Shown one piece after another: positions 54,090 through 63,866 of a DNA stretch of 64,000 nt (position 1 is its first letter; the number at the start of each line of letters is the position of its first letter). This DNA comes from Candidatus Latescibacterota bacterium (lineage in GTDB: Bacteria; Latescibacterota; UBA2968; UBA8231), in the NCBI GenBank assembly GCA_965215195.1, contig CBDCDC010000002.1, positions 2,240,001-2,304,000 on the forward strand. Reading direction: 5' to 3'. The notes under the pieces are model-generated. The model made no database searches, had not been told where the DNA came from, and saw only the letters and a list, made by a program, of their open reading frames with translations. The translations under genes were made by a program, and so were the position numbers.

Positions 54090-55850
54090 ATGCACCTTTA
54101 TCGCACCCACACCTGTGGCGAGCTCCGCAAGCGCCACGCCGGCCAAACCATTCGCCTGAGCGGCTGGATACACCGCAAAAGAGACCACGGGGGCGTCCTG
54201 TTCCTCGATCTGCGCGACCACTACGGCATTACCCAACTCGTGATCTGGCCGGAAAACGACGCTGCGACAGCCGCGGCAAAAGTCCCCCGCGAATCCGTGA
54301 TCCGCGTCGTAGGCGACGTGCGCAAGCGGTCGCCTGCGACCATCAACAGCGCCATGAAAACCGGGGAGGTGGAAATCGCCGTCGGCGAGTTAGAAGTGCT
54401 CTCGCCGGCCGAGTCGCTCCCCTTTTCCGTAGCCGATGAACCCGAAGCAGGAGAGAGCACCCGGTTGTCCTATCGCTTCCTCGACTTGCGCCGGGCCGGG
54501 CTACATGGCCGCATTCAGCTCCGCTCGGAGGTGATCGCCAGCATCAGACAGCGCATGACCCACATGGGCTTTGCCGAGTTCCAGACGCCCATTCTCACCA
54601 GCAGCTCGCCCGAGGGTGCGCGCGATTACCTCGTGCCGAGCCGGCTCTATCCCGGCCACTTCTACGCACTGCCGCAAGCGCCGCAGCAGTTCAAGCAGTT
54701 GCTGATGGTGGCTGGCTTTGATCGCTACTTTCAGATCGCACCCTGCTTCCGCGACGAAGATGCCCGCGCCGACCGCTCCCCCGGCGAATTCTATCAGCTC
54801 GACCTCGAGATGGCCTTTGTCGAGCAGGAGGACGTCTTCGCCGTGGTCGAGGAGCTCTTTTGCGGTCTCTTTCGCAAGTTCACCGCTTGGGAAGTGACCG
54901 CGCCGCCGTTCCCGCGTCTTTCCCACGCCGACGCCATGCTGCGGTTCGGTACGGACAAACCAGATCTGCGCTTCGGACTCGAAATTCAAGACCTCTCCGC
55001 GATCTTCGCCGGCTCCTCGTTCAGGCTGTTCAGGGCCATCGTCGCCGCAGGCGGGGTCGTCCGCGCTCTGTGCGTTCCCGAGCTGGAGGCGCAGCCGCGC
55101 TCGTTCTTCGACAGCCTCGAAGTATTTGTCAAAGAAGCGGGCGGCAAGGGGCTGGCGTACCTCATCAACGGAGCGCAGGCCACAGGCTCTATCGCCGCGG
55201 CCTTAGAACAGAGCGTACGCAGTCGCATTATCGAGGCGTGTGCAGCCGCCCCGGGGTCCGCCATTTTCTTTATCGCCGGACCGCCAGCCGAGGCAGCGGC
55301 CCTAGCCGGACGATTGCGCCTGCACTTGGCGGACCGGCTCAATTTGCGCCGGGAGGGGTGCTATGAATTCTGCTGGATCGTCGATTTTCCCATGTACGAA
55401 TGGGACGCGGAACGCGCTTGTGTGGCCTTTTCGCACAACCCGTTCTCCATGCCGCAGGGCGGTATGGCTGCGCTGGAGACGCAACCGCCGCTGGAGATCA
55501 AGGCGCATCAGTACGACATCGTCTGCAACGGCCTCGAACTGTCGAGCGGTGCCATCCGCAATCACAGACCAGACATCATGTACAAGGCATTTGAGATTGC
55601 CGGGCACTCGCGCCGGGAAGTGGATCGCAGGTTCGGAGGCCTGATCCGCGCCTTTGGCTACGGCGCTCCGCCCCACGGCGGCATTGCGCCCGGCATCGAC
55701 CGCATCGTCATGCTGCTGGCGGACGAACCGAACATCCGGGAGGTCATCGCCTTCCCCATGAACCAGAATGCGCAGGATCCGCTCATGGGCGCGCCAAGCG
55801 AGGTGTCGCCGGAGCAATTGCGGGAGCTGCACATAGCGGTTCGGGGGTGA
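54090..55850 (+). CDS. aspS: Aspartate-tRNA ligase, probably non-discriminating (Asp/Asn)
   Basis: YRTHTCGELR, RDHGG, PEGARDYLVPSR, QIAPCFRDED, GAPPHGGIAPGIDR, IREVIAFP. Confidence 0.96.
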   Translation: MHLYRTHTCGELRKRHAGQTIRLSGWIHRKRDHGGVLFLDLRDHYGITQLVIWPENDAATAAAKVPRESVIRVVGDVRKRSPATINSAMKTGEVEIAVGELEVLSPAESLPFSVADEPEAGESTRLSYRFLDLRRAGLHGRIQLRSEVIASIRQRMTHMGFAEFQTPILTSSSPEGARDYLVPSRLYPGHFYALPQAPQQFKQLLMVAGFDRYFQIAPCFRDEDARADRSPGEFYQLDLEMAFVEQEDVFAVVEELFCGLFRKFTAWEVTAPPFPRLSHADAMLRFGTDKPDLRFGLEIQDLSAIFAGSSFRLFRAIVAAGGVVRALCVPELEAQPRSFFDSLEVFVKEAGGKGLAYLINGAQATGSIAAALEQSVRSRIIEACAAAPGSAIFFIAGPPAEAAALAGRLRLHLADRLNLRREGCYEFCWIVDFPMYEWDAERACVAFSHNPFSMPQGGMAALETQPPLEIKAHQYDIVCNGLELSSGAIRNHRPDIMYKAFEIAGHSRREVDRRFGGLIRAFGYGAPPHGGIAPGIDRIVMLLADEPNIREVIAFPMNQNAQDPLMGAPSEVSPEQLRELHIAVRG

Positions 55851-56058
55851 TACAAACAGCGCTGTCGTTGTTGGGCATCATCTCCGCTCCCCAGACCCAA
55901 ACCCTCACTTGCTGGCCGATTCCGGTTGGGCGTTATTGGAGGAGTATAGCTCATCGCCTTGGCCGAAAATCTGGCATACTGTGTCGGAGGAAACGACCCG
56001 ACCATGCCCATAATGTGCGCCATCCATCGCTCAGTAACCCAAGAAAGTGAGCCCTGCC

Positions 56059-57000
56059 ATGAAAACACAACGCTACCAACTCCGCATCAGCGGTCTGAGA
56101 GAAGACGAAGGTCAAATCAAGATGGCGACTCTCCGGCGTGTTATGGACGCCCTTCTCACGACAGCAGAGCGGACCACCCGCTTGCTCGCCACGGGTGCAG
56201 GCAGTGGGAGGGGGGCGAGGCCTCAGTGGCTGGACGCCACCATTGACTTCACGATAACTGGATTGAAATCCGGGTCTACGATTTTTGACATAGAGGCTCC
56301 CCAGCTCGGTGAGACTGCCTGCGAGCAATTTGCCCGAGCGGACTTATGGAGCAAGCAGCCTAGCCTAGACGAAACGGCGCTCGATCTGGTCGCTCAAGCG
56401 ATCAACGAGACCCAGATGGACAACCCTGTGGGAGACTATTTCGATAGTTCGGTTCTCGAGGCGATTCTCAAGTTCAGGCAAGCGGCCGGAGTTGCCGGTG
56501 TACGCTATGAAATGATCCCTCATGGCACGGCGCATGGACAATTCGCACTGGACGACAGTACTTGCACATACGTCAAAGAGCGGTTGAATGACATCCCGGC
56601 TCCAAGATCCTTCATCGTAAGTGGCAGGCTTGACGAGATCAAACATGGCAACGGCCGCTTTCGCCTTTTGGTGAGCCAGAAGTCAGCACTCTTTGGACAG
56701 CTGGACGCTGCGTCATTGAGCGTAGAGGCTTTGCGTCCCCTATGGGGCAAGCAGACCACTGTTGAGGGGATGGTACATTTCAAGGCCAACGGCCAGCCGC
56801 GCTTGATCGAGGCTCGCCGGATTGGCGGTCGGCTGGAAGGGGATAGCGTTTTCGAAGAAATGCCATCAGTAGAGGGCCAGAAATCGCATGATCGGTTTCC
56901 GGCACAACGCAAGCAAGTCGGGGCCTTTGACCCTATTGGTCTTGCGGGCGCGTGGCCTGGCGATGAACCCATTGAGGATCTCCTAGCCCAACTCGATTGA
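56059..57000 (+). CDS. Hypothetical protein (313 aa), large putative antitoxin partner of downstream PIN protein
   Basis: Long ORF in lower-GC patch, C-terminus LAGAWPGDEPIEDLLAQLD resembles antitoxin tails; adjacent to PIN gene. Confidence 0.65.
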   Translation: MKTQRYQLRISGLREDEGQIKMATLRRVMDALLTTAERTTRLLATGAGSGRGARPQWLDATIDFTITGLKSGSTIFDIEAPQLGETACEQFARADLWSKQPSLDETALDLVAQAINETQMDNPVGDYFDSSVLEAILKFRQAAGVAGVRYEMIPHGTAHGQFALDDSTCTYVKERLNDIPAPRSFIVSGRLDEIKHGNGRFRLLVSQKSALFGQLDAASLSVEALRPLWGKQTTVEGMVHFKANGQPRLIEARRIGGRLEGDSVFEEMPSVEGQKSHDRFPAQRKQVGAFDPIGLAGAWPGDEPIEDLLAQLD

Positions 57001-57011
57001 GCGATATTTTT

Positions 57012-57509
57012 GTGACACGCTTCCTCCTAGACACGAGTCTGTTGCTCGGTTTCGCCCGGAAAGCACCGTGGGCTATCCGGGCTCGCGCAGAATTCAATCT
57101 CGGAGATCCAGAAACAATGGTCTTTACTTGCGTTATCTGCCAAGGAGAGATTCTCGCGCTTGCGGAGAAGAATGGTTGGGGCAGCAACAGACGAACTCAC
57201 CTTGAGCAACTTCTTAACGAAGTGCCGACGCTTGACATCAGCAGACGAACGATTTTGGGCGCGTACGCTCGGATCGATGCTTGGACCCACGGTAAGCCTG
57301 TGACTTCTCCTCAAAATGCGCCGCCGCCAAAGCCGGCTGTGCCGATGAAACAAAATGATCTCTGGATCGCCGCGACAGCTCACGTAAGCGGAGCTGCACT
57401 CCTGTCAACAGATACAGACTTCAGACACTTGGACAATATATGGTTCAAATTCGTCCATGTAAGCCAGAAAGACCATCTTCCCGAGCACCCAACGCGAGTT
57501 GAACCATGA
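57012..57509 (+). CDS. PIN-domain (VapC-like) nuclease
   Basis: FLLDTSLL, CQGEI, QNDLWIAATA, LLSTDTDF. Confidence 0.85.
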   Translation: MTRFLLDTSLLLGFARKAPWAIRARAEFNLGDPETMVFTCVICQGEILALAEKNGWGSNRRTHLEQLLNEVPTLDISRRTILGAYARIDAWTHGKPVTSPQNAPPPKPAVPMKQNDLWIAATAHVSGAALLSTDTDFRHLDNIWFKFVHVSQKDHLPEHPTRVEP

Positions 57510-57799
57510 TTAAGAACAAGAACTGCCAGACTTGACCCTTAAACAGGCCATGAAGATGGAGGACATTCTGATTGCAGCGGCGACAGGTGCTCCTTATGAC
57601 GAGATCGCTATCAATCCGGAGATGGGAAGCATATCTCCTTCACCCGGTCTTGGGATAGCGAAGAAGAGAGAACGCTATGGAAGACATACTCGCTAAAGAA
57701 AAAGCCTATCTCGCCGCCGATTTTACTCATGCTTTCCTCCATCGAATGCTTTCAATCTGACTTCTCGCGGCGGTTAGTTCGCGCCACCCGTCCAACCTA

Positions 57800-58711
57800 T
57801 CAACGCGCATACCCGTCGGGGTTGTCCCGGCGCCAATTGGGCTGGTAGCCTGCCGCGGCGTCAAAGCCATGCGATGGCCCGATCTGGTTTTCGGTCTGCC
57901 AAGGCCAAGCCTGGCCGCCGATGATGCGGAACTGGTCCCCTTTGCCGCAGAGCCAATAGAACATGTGGGCGTAGTAGCGCGCCGTGCCGTGCCCGCCGTA
58001 ATACGCTCGCTGGAAATCGAAGTCCTCCTCCACGACCCAGTTGCGCGCCGGCGGCGTGGTGCGCCAGTAATTGTACTTGAGCATCCGGCGGAGGCCCTTG
58101 GCAGTGGACTTGCCGCGGCGGTGGAGGATGCTCTGATGGTGGATCCCGATGGTGCCGGCCGGGCCATCGCAAAACACGCCTCCTTCTTCGCTGTCGCGGG
58201 ATGCCGGTTGGATGTGCGAGCCAGGCACCAGCTCGGTCGGCCCCAGCTCCACGGGCGTGTCTTGGGGAAAGTAGAAGACCTCCAAAAAGCGGAGCTCCGG
58301 GCCGAAGATGTGGTCGGCGTCTTGGTGCCAGCCTTGGGATTCCATTGGGCATTCGGCTCGGTGGTGGCTGGCTAGGACCGGCAGGCCAACGTTGGGGCCT
58401 AAAAGCGAGCGCATGGCACCGGCTAACTGGGGATTGAGCAGGACGTACTCGACGAACCAGGCCTCCAAGAAGATGGAACTCGGCTCGTGGGTAGAGCGGA
58501 TGCGGTCGAGGTCGGCCTTGGTCAGGCCATCGGGGATGTAGCTTGGATTGGCCGGAATATCGCCATCAAGCCAAGCGCAGGTGCGCTGGTTGATCTCGTC
58601 GGGCACGACGCCTTTGAGCAAAAGATGGCCCTCGCGGCAGAATTCGAGGACCTGGGAATCGGTGAGCGTTGGCTCGCAGTCAAAGGTGCGTTGGCATGTG
58701 TCGTAGTGCAT
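57800..58711 (-). CDS. PhyH family dioxygenase
   Basis: EFCREGHLLLKGVV, GWHQDAD, GPTELVPGSH, ILHRR..RRMLKY; SD CAGGAGG before ATG 58711. Confidence 0.85.
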   Translation of the reverse strand: MHYDTCQRTFDCEPTLTDSQVLEFCREGHLLLKGVVPDEINQRTCAWLDGDIPANPSYIPDGLTKADLDRIRSTHEPSSIFLEAWFVEYVLLNPQLAGAMRSLLGPNVGLPVLASHHRAECPMESQGWHQDADHIFGPELRFLEVFYFPQDTPVELGPTELVPGSHIQPASRDSEEGGVFCDGPAGTIGIHHQSILHRRGKSTAKGLRRMLKYNYWRTTPPARNWVVEEDFDFQRAYYGGHGTARYYAHMFYWLCGKGDQFRIIGGQAWPWQTENQIGPSHGFDAAAGYQPNWRRDNPDGYAR

Positions 58712-58891
58712 GGTTTCCTCCTGCAAGGGCGTTGTCTTTTGTTGGCACTTGGGGACCAATCTAACCAAACGGCGCGGCAGCGGCAGGGCGCGCTTTGCTC
58801 GCCGCCTGCCGTTTGGTATGTTAAGCCGGTCCCCGCGCCTAGGCGGGGAGCGACGAATTTCACTGGCGCGATTAAACGCGAGGAGGGCATT

Positions 58892-59257
58892 TTGGTCATT
58901 CGCAATTGGCGCAACGCAACGCCCGTCGTCGGGCATCAATCCAAGCTGATCTGGTCGATCTTCCGCGCCCAAAGCGCCGAGGGTCTAAGCGCGGACGAGG
59001 CAGTACTCGAAGGGTTTTCTGGCCTGACGCTGCATCGCCTGCAAGGGGGGCTGGAAGGCGATTACCACGAACACGAGGCCACCGAGCAGGTGTACTACTT
59101 CCTCAGCGGCGAGGGGCGGATGAAGATCGACGGGGCGCTGTACGAGGTGCGCGCGGGGGATGCAGTACACATTCCGCCGCAGGTCAAGCACCAGCTTTGC
59201 AACCCTACGGACGATTGGGTCGAGCACTTGATCATCAGCGCCCAAGTCGCAAGATAG
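58892..59257 (+). CDS. Cupin domain protein
   Basis: [17 protein letters not shown] and [14 protein letters not shown] cupin motifs; SD GAGGAGG before TTG. Confidence 0.85.
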   Translation: MVIRNWRNATPVVGHQSKLIWSIFRAQSAEGLSADEAVLEGFSGLTLHRLQGGLEGDYHEHEATEQVYYFLSGEGRMKIDGALYEVRAGDAVHIPPQVKHQLCNPTDDWVEHLIISAQVAR

Positions 59258-59265
59258 GACGCGCA

Positions 59266-61452
59266 GTGACAGACCGAGAGAAAAAAGTCGCCAAGGGCGG
59301 CTTGCACATCGACGAGCGCATATACGCACTCGTTGCCGAGCAGATCGCGCCGGGAACGGGCGTGTCCGTCGAGCACTTTTGGGCCTCGCTGGGCCGCATC
59401 GTGGAGGACTTGGCCGCGAAAAACCGCACGCTGTTACAGCGGCGAGACGCCTTGCAAGCGCAGATTGACGACTGGCATCGGGCGCGGCGTGGCGAGCCGT
59501 TGGACGCGGCGGCCTATCGCGCCTTTCTCGCGGAGATCGGGTATTTGCTGCCGCAAGGGGCACCGTGCCAAGTCCGCCCGGAAAACGTCGATCCAGAAAT
59601 TGCCACCATCGCCGGGCCGCAATTGGTGGTCCCCGTGGACAACGCGCGCTATGCGCTCAACGCGGCCAATGCGCGCTGGGGGAGTTTGTTCGACGCGCTC
59701 TACGGCACGGATGCAATTCCCGGCGCGGCCAGCGCCGAGTACGACGCTGCGCGCGGTGCCCAAGTCATCGCCCGCAGCGAGGCGTTTCTCGACCAAGCGG
59801 TCGGCCTAAAGCGAGCCACCTACGCCGAGGTGGTGGAGTTTTGCCTGCGCGAGACGGCCGGCCGCCGGGCCCTGTGCGCTCGCCTCGCCCGCGGCGACGA
59901 GGTGGGCTTGGCCCACGAGAAGCAGTTCGTCGGCTATAGACGCGAGGGCGGGCGGCTGAGCAGCGTCTTGCTGCGGCACAACGGGTTGCACATCGAGCTC
60001 CAGATCGACCGCGCCCACCCCATCGGCCAAGCCCACCCGGCTGGAGTCAAAGACGTGCTCTTAGAAGCGGCGATCACCACCATCCAAGACTGCGAGGACT
60101 CGGTGGCGGCAGTAGATGCCGAGGACAAGGCGCTGGTGTACGGCAACTGGAACGGCCTGATGCGAGGGACCCTAAAGGCGACCTTTGCCAAAGGCGGCCA
60201 AACCCAGACGCGCCGGCTCAACGCGGACCGCGCATTTACGGCCCCAGACGGCAGCGACCTTGTGCTGCCGGGGCGCAGCTTGTTGCTGGTGCGCCACGTG
60301 GGTCTCCACATGTACACGGACGCGGTGACCACGGCGGCGGGCGCGGAAATCCCCGAGGGCTTTCTCGACGCCATGGTCCTCAGCCTAGCGGCAATCCACG
60401 ACCTCAAGGGCCGCGGCCGCTACCGCAACAGCAGGGCCGGCAGCGTCTATGTGGTAAAGCCCAAGCTGCACGGGCCGGACGAAGTGGCAGCGACCGTTGA
60501 GCTATTTGGGCGGGTGGAGGAGGCGCTGGGGCTGAGTAAAAACACCCTGAAGATCGGCATTATGGACGAGGAGCGCCGCACCACCGTCAATCTCAGCGAG
60601 TGCATCCGCTGCGCTGCCGAGCGGCTGGTCTTCATCAACACGGGCTTTCTCGACCGCACCGGGGACGAGCTGCACACCAGCATGGAGTTGGGGCCCATGT
60701 TGCCCAAGATGGAAATCAAAGACCAGCGCTGGCTCCGCGCGTATGAGGACTGGAACGTGGACGTCGGGATCGCAACGGGCTTGGTGGGAAGGGCGCAGAT
60801 TGGCAAGGGGATGTGGACCATGCCCGAGCGGATGCGCGAGATGGTAGAGAGCAAAATCAGCCATCCGCAGGCCGGGGCGACCACCGCTTGGGTGCCCTCG
60901 CCGACAGCGGCGACCCTCCATGCGCTGCACTACCACCAAGTCGATGTGTTCCAGCGCTTAGACGAGCTAGCGGGCCGGGGCCGTGCCCATCTGGGCGACA
61001 TCTTGCGTCCGCCGGTGCTGGATCGCCCACCGAGCGCGGAGGCTATTCAGCAGGAGTTGGACAACAATGCCCAAGGCATACTCGGCTATGTGGTGCGCTG
61101 GATCGGCCAAGGCATTGGCTGCTCTAAAGTGCCCGATATCAACCACATTGGGCTGATGGAAGACCGGGCGACCCTGCGGATTTCCAGCCAGCACATCGCC
61201 AACTGGCTGCACCACAAAATCGCCAGCGAGCAGCAGGTGCGGGCGACATTTGCGCGCATGGCGGCCGTGGTCGACGCGCAAAACAGCGGCGACCCGGCGT
61301 ACTGCCCCATGGCACCCGACCTCGACGCCAGCGTCGAATTCCAAGCCGCGCTGGACCTAGTATTCAATGGCCGCACTGAGCCGAACGGATATACGGAAAA
61401 CGCGTTGCACAAGCGGCGGCGAGAGGTGAAGGCCGCCGGCCGAATCGCCTAG
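59266..61452 (+). CDS. glcB: Malate synthase G
   Basis: [85 protein letters not shown]. Confidence 0.96.
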   Translation: MTDREKKVAKGGLHIDERIYALVAEQIAPGTGVSVEHFWASLGRIVEDLAAKNRTLLQRRDALQAQIDDWHRARRGEPLDAAAYRAFLAEIGYLLPQGAPCQVRPENVDPEIATIAGPQLVVPVDNARYALNAANARWGSLFDALYGTDAIPGAASAEYDAARGAQVIARSEAFLDQAVGLKRATYAEVVEFCLRETAGRRALCARLARGDEVGLAHEKQFVGYRREGGRLSSVLLRHNGLHIELQIDRAHPIGQAHPAGVKDVLLEAAITTIQDCEDSVAAVDAEDKALVYGNWNGLMRGTLKATFAKGGQTQTRRLNADRAFTAPDGSDLVLPGRSLLLVRHVGLHMYTDAVTTAAGAEIPEGFLDAMVLSLAAIHDLKGRGRYRNSRAGSVYVVKPKLHGPDEVAATVELFGRVEEALGLSKNTLKIGIMDEERRTTVNLSECIRCAAERLVFINTGFLDRTGDELHTSMELGPMLPKMEIKDQRWLRAYEDWNVDVGIATGLVGRAQIGKGMWTMPERMREMVESKISHPQAGATTAWVPSPTAATLHALHYHQVDVFQRLDELAGRGRAHLGDILRPPVLDRPPSAEAIQQELDNNAQGILGYVVRWIGQGIGCSKVPDINHIGLMEDRATLRISSQHIANWLHHKIASEQQVRATFARMAAVVDAQNSGDPAYCPMAPDLDASVEFQAALDLVFNGRTEPNGYTENALHKRRREVKAAGRIA

Positions 61453-61482
61453 CACCCCCATTCAAATTCAAGGAGACGACAA

Positions 61483-62238
61483 ATGGAGTCCCGTGCAAAA
61501 GTCGCCCTCGTAACCGGCGCCGGCAGCGGCATTGGTCGCCACAGCGCCTTGGCGTTGGCCGAGGCCGGCTATGCCGTTGCCCTAGCAGGACGGCGTCAAG
61601 AGGCCCTAGCGGAAACGGCCGCGCTGGCGGGAACGGATGCCCGCATGTTGCCGGTGCCTACTGATGTCGGCGATCCCCAAGCTGTTGCCGCACTGTTTGC
61701 CCAGATCGCCGAGCACTTTGGTCGGCTTGACGTGCTCTTCAACAACGCCGGGGCCGGCGCGCCGGCCGTGCTGTTGGAGGACCTGACATACGATCAGTGG
61801 CAGAAGGTCGTCGCCGTCAATCTGACCGGTGCCTTCCTCTGCACCCAAGCGGCCTTCCGAATTATGAAGGATCAAAATCCGCGCGGCGGCCGGATTATCA
61901 ACAACGGCTCGGTCTCGGCCGCGGCCCCGCGGCCCAATTCCGCCCCCTATACCGCCACCAAACACGCCATTACCGGACTCACCAAATCGACCTCGCTCGA
62001 CGGGCGCAAATACGACATTGCCTGCGGTCAGATCGACATTGGCAACACGGCCACCGATATGACGCAGCGGATGAGCGACGGCGTACCGCAGGCCGATGGC
62101 TCCAAGCTCGTCGAGCCGCGCTTTGCCGTTGAGCACGTGGCCCACGCCGTAGTGCAAATGGCCGAGCTGCCGCTGGACACCAATGTGCTGTTTATGACGA
62201 TCATGGCCACGAAAATGCCGTTTGTCGGGCGGGGTTAG
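61483..62238 (+). CDS. Short-chain dehydrogenase/reductase (SDR)
   Basis: [25 protein letters not shown]. Confidence 0.92.
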   Translation: MESRAKVALVTGAGSGIGRHSALALAEAGYAVALAGRRQEALAETAALAGTDARMLPVPTDVGDPQAVAALFAQIAEHFGRLDVLFNNAGAGAPAVLLEDLTYDQWQKVVAVNLTGAFLCTQAAFRIMKDQNPRGGRIINNGSVSAAAPRPNSAPYTATKHAITGLTKSTSLDGRKYDIACGQIDIGNTATDMTQRMSDGVPQADGSKLVEPRFAVEHVAHAVVQMAELPLDTNVLFMTIMATKMPFVGRG

Positions 62239-62249
62239 AAGCGACCGCC

Positions 62250-62984
62250 ATGACCATCGACGACGCCAAGGCCCAGCTCGACGAATGCGGGTACGTCGTG
62301 CTCAAAGGAGCGTTGACTGCGAATCAGGCCGACGCCCTGCGCGATCGCTCGGCCGAGCTGATCGCAAAGGAGCGGGCCGCCGGGGGAGAGCACATCTACC
62401 TCGACGGCCGCGCGCAGCGGGTGTGGAACCTAGTCAACAAGGGCCGCATTTACGAGGAGATGATCCAGCTCCCGCAGGTCCTCGCGCTCCAGGAGCACCT
62501 GTTGGGCGACAACTGCATCTTGAGCAGCTTCACCGTCAATCTCATCGGCCCGGGTGCGCCGGCCGGCCGCCTGCACCTCGACTTTCCGCTGGGCAGCTTT
62601 CCCCAGCCGCCGCCATCCATTGCCCTCTGCGCCAACACCATCTACGTGCTCGACGACTTCGCGCCTGAAAACGGGGCTACGCGGATCGTGCCGGGCAGCT
62701 ACAAGCGCGGGTGTCCCCCCGACCCGCAAAAAGAGTACGCCGACGTCATCCAGCTAGCCGTCCGCAAAGGCGATATTGTCGTCTTCCACGGCGCGACGTG
62801 GCACGGCAGCGGTGCCAACCACACCGCGCAGGCGCGGATGATTCTATTGGGATTCTTCTGCCGCTCGTTTGTGAAGCCGCAGCAGGACCAGTTCAAGCTG
62901 GCGCACCCCGAGGTCGTCGCGCGGGCGACGCCAACCTTGAAGCGATTGCTGGGCTTCGAAGCGCAGTCGGGGATGCGGACCTAG
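62250..62984 (+). CDS. PhyH family dioxygenase
   Basis: ECGYVVLKG, LHLD, DDFAPENGATRIVPGS, WHGSGAN. Confidence 0.88.
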   Translation: MTIDDAKAQLDECGYVVLKGALTANQADALRDRSAELIAKERAAGGEHIYLDGRAQRVWNLVNKGRIYEEMIQLPQVLALQEHLLGDNCILSSFTVNLIGPGAPAGRLHLDFPLGSFPQPPPSIALCANTIYVLDDFAPENGATRIVPGSYKRGCPPDPQKEYADVIQLAVRKGDIVVFHGATWHGSGANHTAQARMILLGFFCRSFVKPQQDQFKLAHPEVVARATPTLKRLLGFEAQSGMRT

Positions 62985-62989
62985 GGCCA

Positions 62990-63255
62990 ATGGACTGCCC
63001 GGCACTCAACCACCGCAAGCGCCTCTTCGTCGATATGGACGACATCGAGCGGGTCTTCCACCAAGCCGAGAAGTACGGTGTGCATCCCGTGCTCAAACAG
63101 GAAGCCCCGTGGAAAAAAACGGCGGCACGACCGCATTGGCTTGGCCATGCTCCGCCTCGACAGCTTCGCGTCGCTCAACGCCAGTTTTGACGGCGGGCAG
63201 ATAACGACCCGGCCCTTCGCGCTGGCCGGGGATGAATTGTTAAACCTCAACAACG
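62990..63255 (+). pseudogene. Internally deleted remnant of a glycoside-hydrolase-like beta-propeller gene
   Basis: N-terminal KRLFVDMDDIE..HQAEKYGVHPVL joined to C-terminal IGLAMLRLDSFASLNA..GGQITTRPF..GDELLNLN. Confidence 0.5.
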
Positions 63256-63266
63256 GGAAAAACGCC

Positions 63267-63515
63267 ATGAAGACGACCATTGAAATCCACGATGACCTAC
63301 TAGCCCGGGCAGAGCAGTACGCGAGGAAGACCGGACGCCCGTTGTACGCCATAGTGGAAGAGGGGCTGCGCCAAGTGCTTCCTGCGTCCCCTTCCAGCAG
63401 TCCCTACCGTCTGCCCGACCTGAGCGAGGGGAAGCCCGGCGCGTCCGATCCATTAAAAGCGTACTCTTGGCAGGAACTGCGCGGGATAATCTACGGAGAA
63501 GCAGAAGAGCTGTAG
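63267..63515 (+). CDS. VapB-type RHH antitoxin, orphan
   Basis: MKTTIEIHDDLLARAEQYARKTGRPLYAIVEEGLRQVL; no PIN gene follows. Confidence 0.78.
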   Translation: MKTTIEIHDDLLARAEQYARKTGRPLYAIVEEGLRQVLPASPSSSPYRLPDLSEGKPGASDPLKAYSWQELRGIIYGEAEEL

Positions 63516-63539
63516 CGCAAGACTGATTGGCCAAAAGAA

Positions 63540-63570
63540 AACCCCAAGTCGCTGTAGCCGACTTGGGGTT
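63540..63570 (-). terminator. Intrinsic terminator downstream of tRNA-Glu (possibly bidirectional)
   Basis: AACCCCAAGTCG-N7-CGACTTGGGGTT perfect stem with T-rich tail on minus strand. Confidence 0.75.
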
Positions 63571-63576
63571 AATAAT

Positions 63577-63652
63577 TGGTAGCCCGTACGGGATTCGAAC
63601 CCGTGTTACCGGCGTGAGAGGCCGGCGTCCTAGGCCTCTAGACGAACGGGCC
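63577..63652 (-). tRNA. tRNA-Glu (anticodon CTC)
   Basis: GGCCCGTTCGTCTAGAGGCCTAGGACGCCGGCCTCTCACGCCGGTAACACGGGTTCGAATCCCGTACGGGCTACCA: cloverleaf, GTTCGAAT T-loop, encoded CCA. Confidence 0.97.
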
Positions 63653-63681
63653 AAAGTTCGTTTTGAGCCTGACAGCTTCAA

Positions 63682-63710
63682 AAAATAGAATCCGCAAACT
63701 GTATTGTCAA
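63682..63710 (-). promoter_or_regulatory. Sigma-70 promoter of tRNA-Glu
   Basis: TTGACA-N17-TATTTT on minus strand. Confidence 0.6.
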
Positions 63711-63729
63711 GGTGCTGCCGCAGGGCCGT

Positions 63730-63758
63730 TTGACAGGCGCGGACGGGCGTGGTACTGT
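63730..63758 (+). promoter_or_regulatory. Putative sigma-70 promoter, divergent from tRNA
   Basis: TTGACA-N17-TACTGT. Confidence 0.5.
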
Positions 63759-63866
63759 TGCTCTGCACGAAAGCGGCGCGTGGTCTGGGAGCGGTGCGCC
63801 GGCGATTGTGGATGCTCATCTGGAGCAACTTGGCTCGGTGGTTCAAATAACGAGGAGAAGCAACAC

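Noticed and set aside
55847-56050. Short ORFs between aspS and the hypothetical-PIN pair
   Set aside because: No motifs, no SD, overlapping alternatives on both strands; cannot be supported.
57506-57790. Short ORF fragments after the PIN gene
   Set aside because: Interrupted by stops with no recognisable family; possibly debris but not assignable.
58487-59265. Long upstream extensions of the cupin (58487), glcB (58906) and PhyH (58972) ORFs
   Set aside because: They overlap neighbouring genes; SD-supported or homology-consistent starts are 58892, 59266 and 58711.
63577-63652. tRNA-Glu as attachment site of an integrated element
   Set aside because: No integrase and no duplicated tRNA 3' end noticed in the window; its terminator follows directly.
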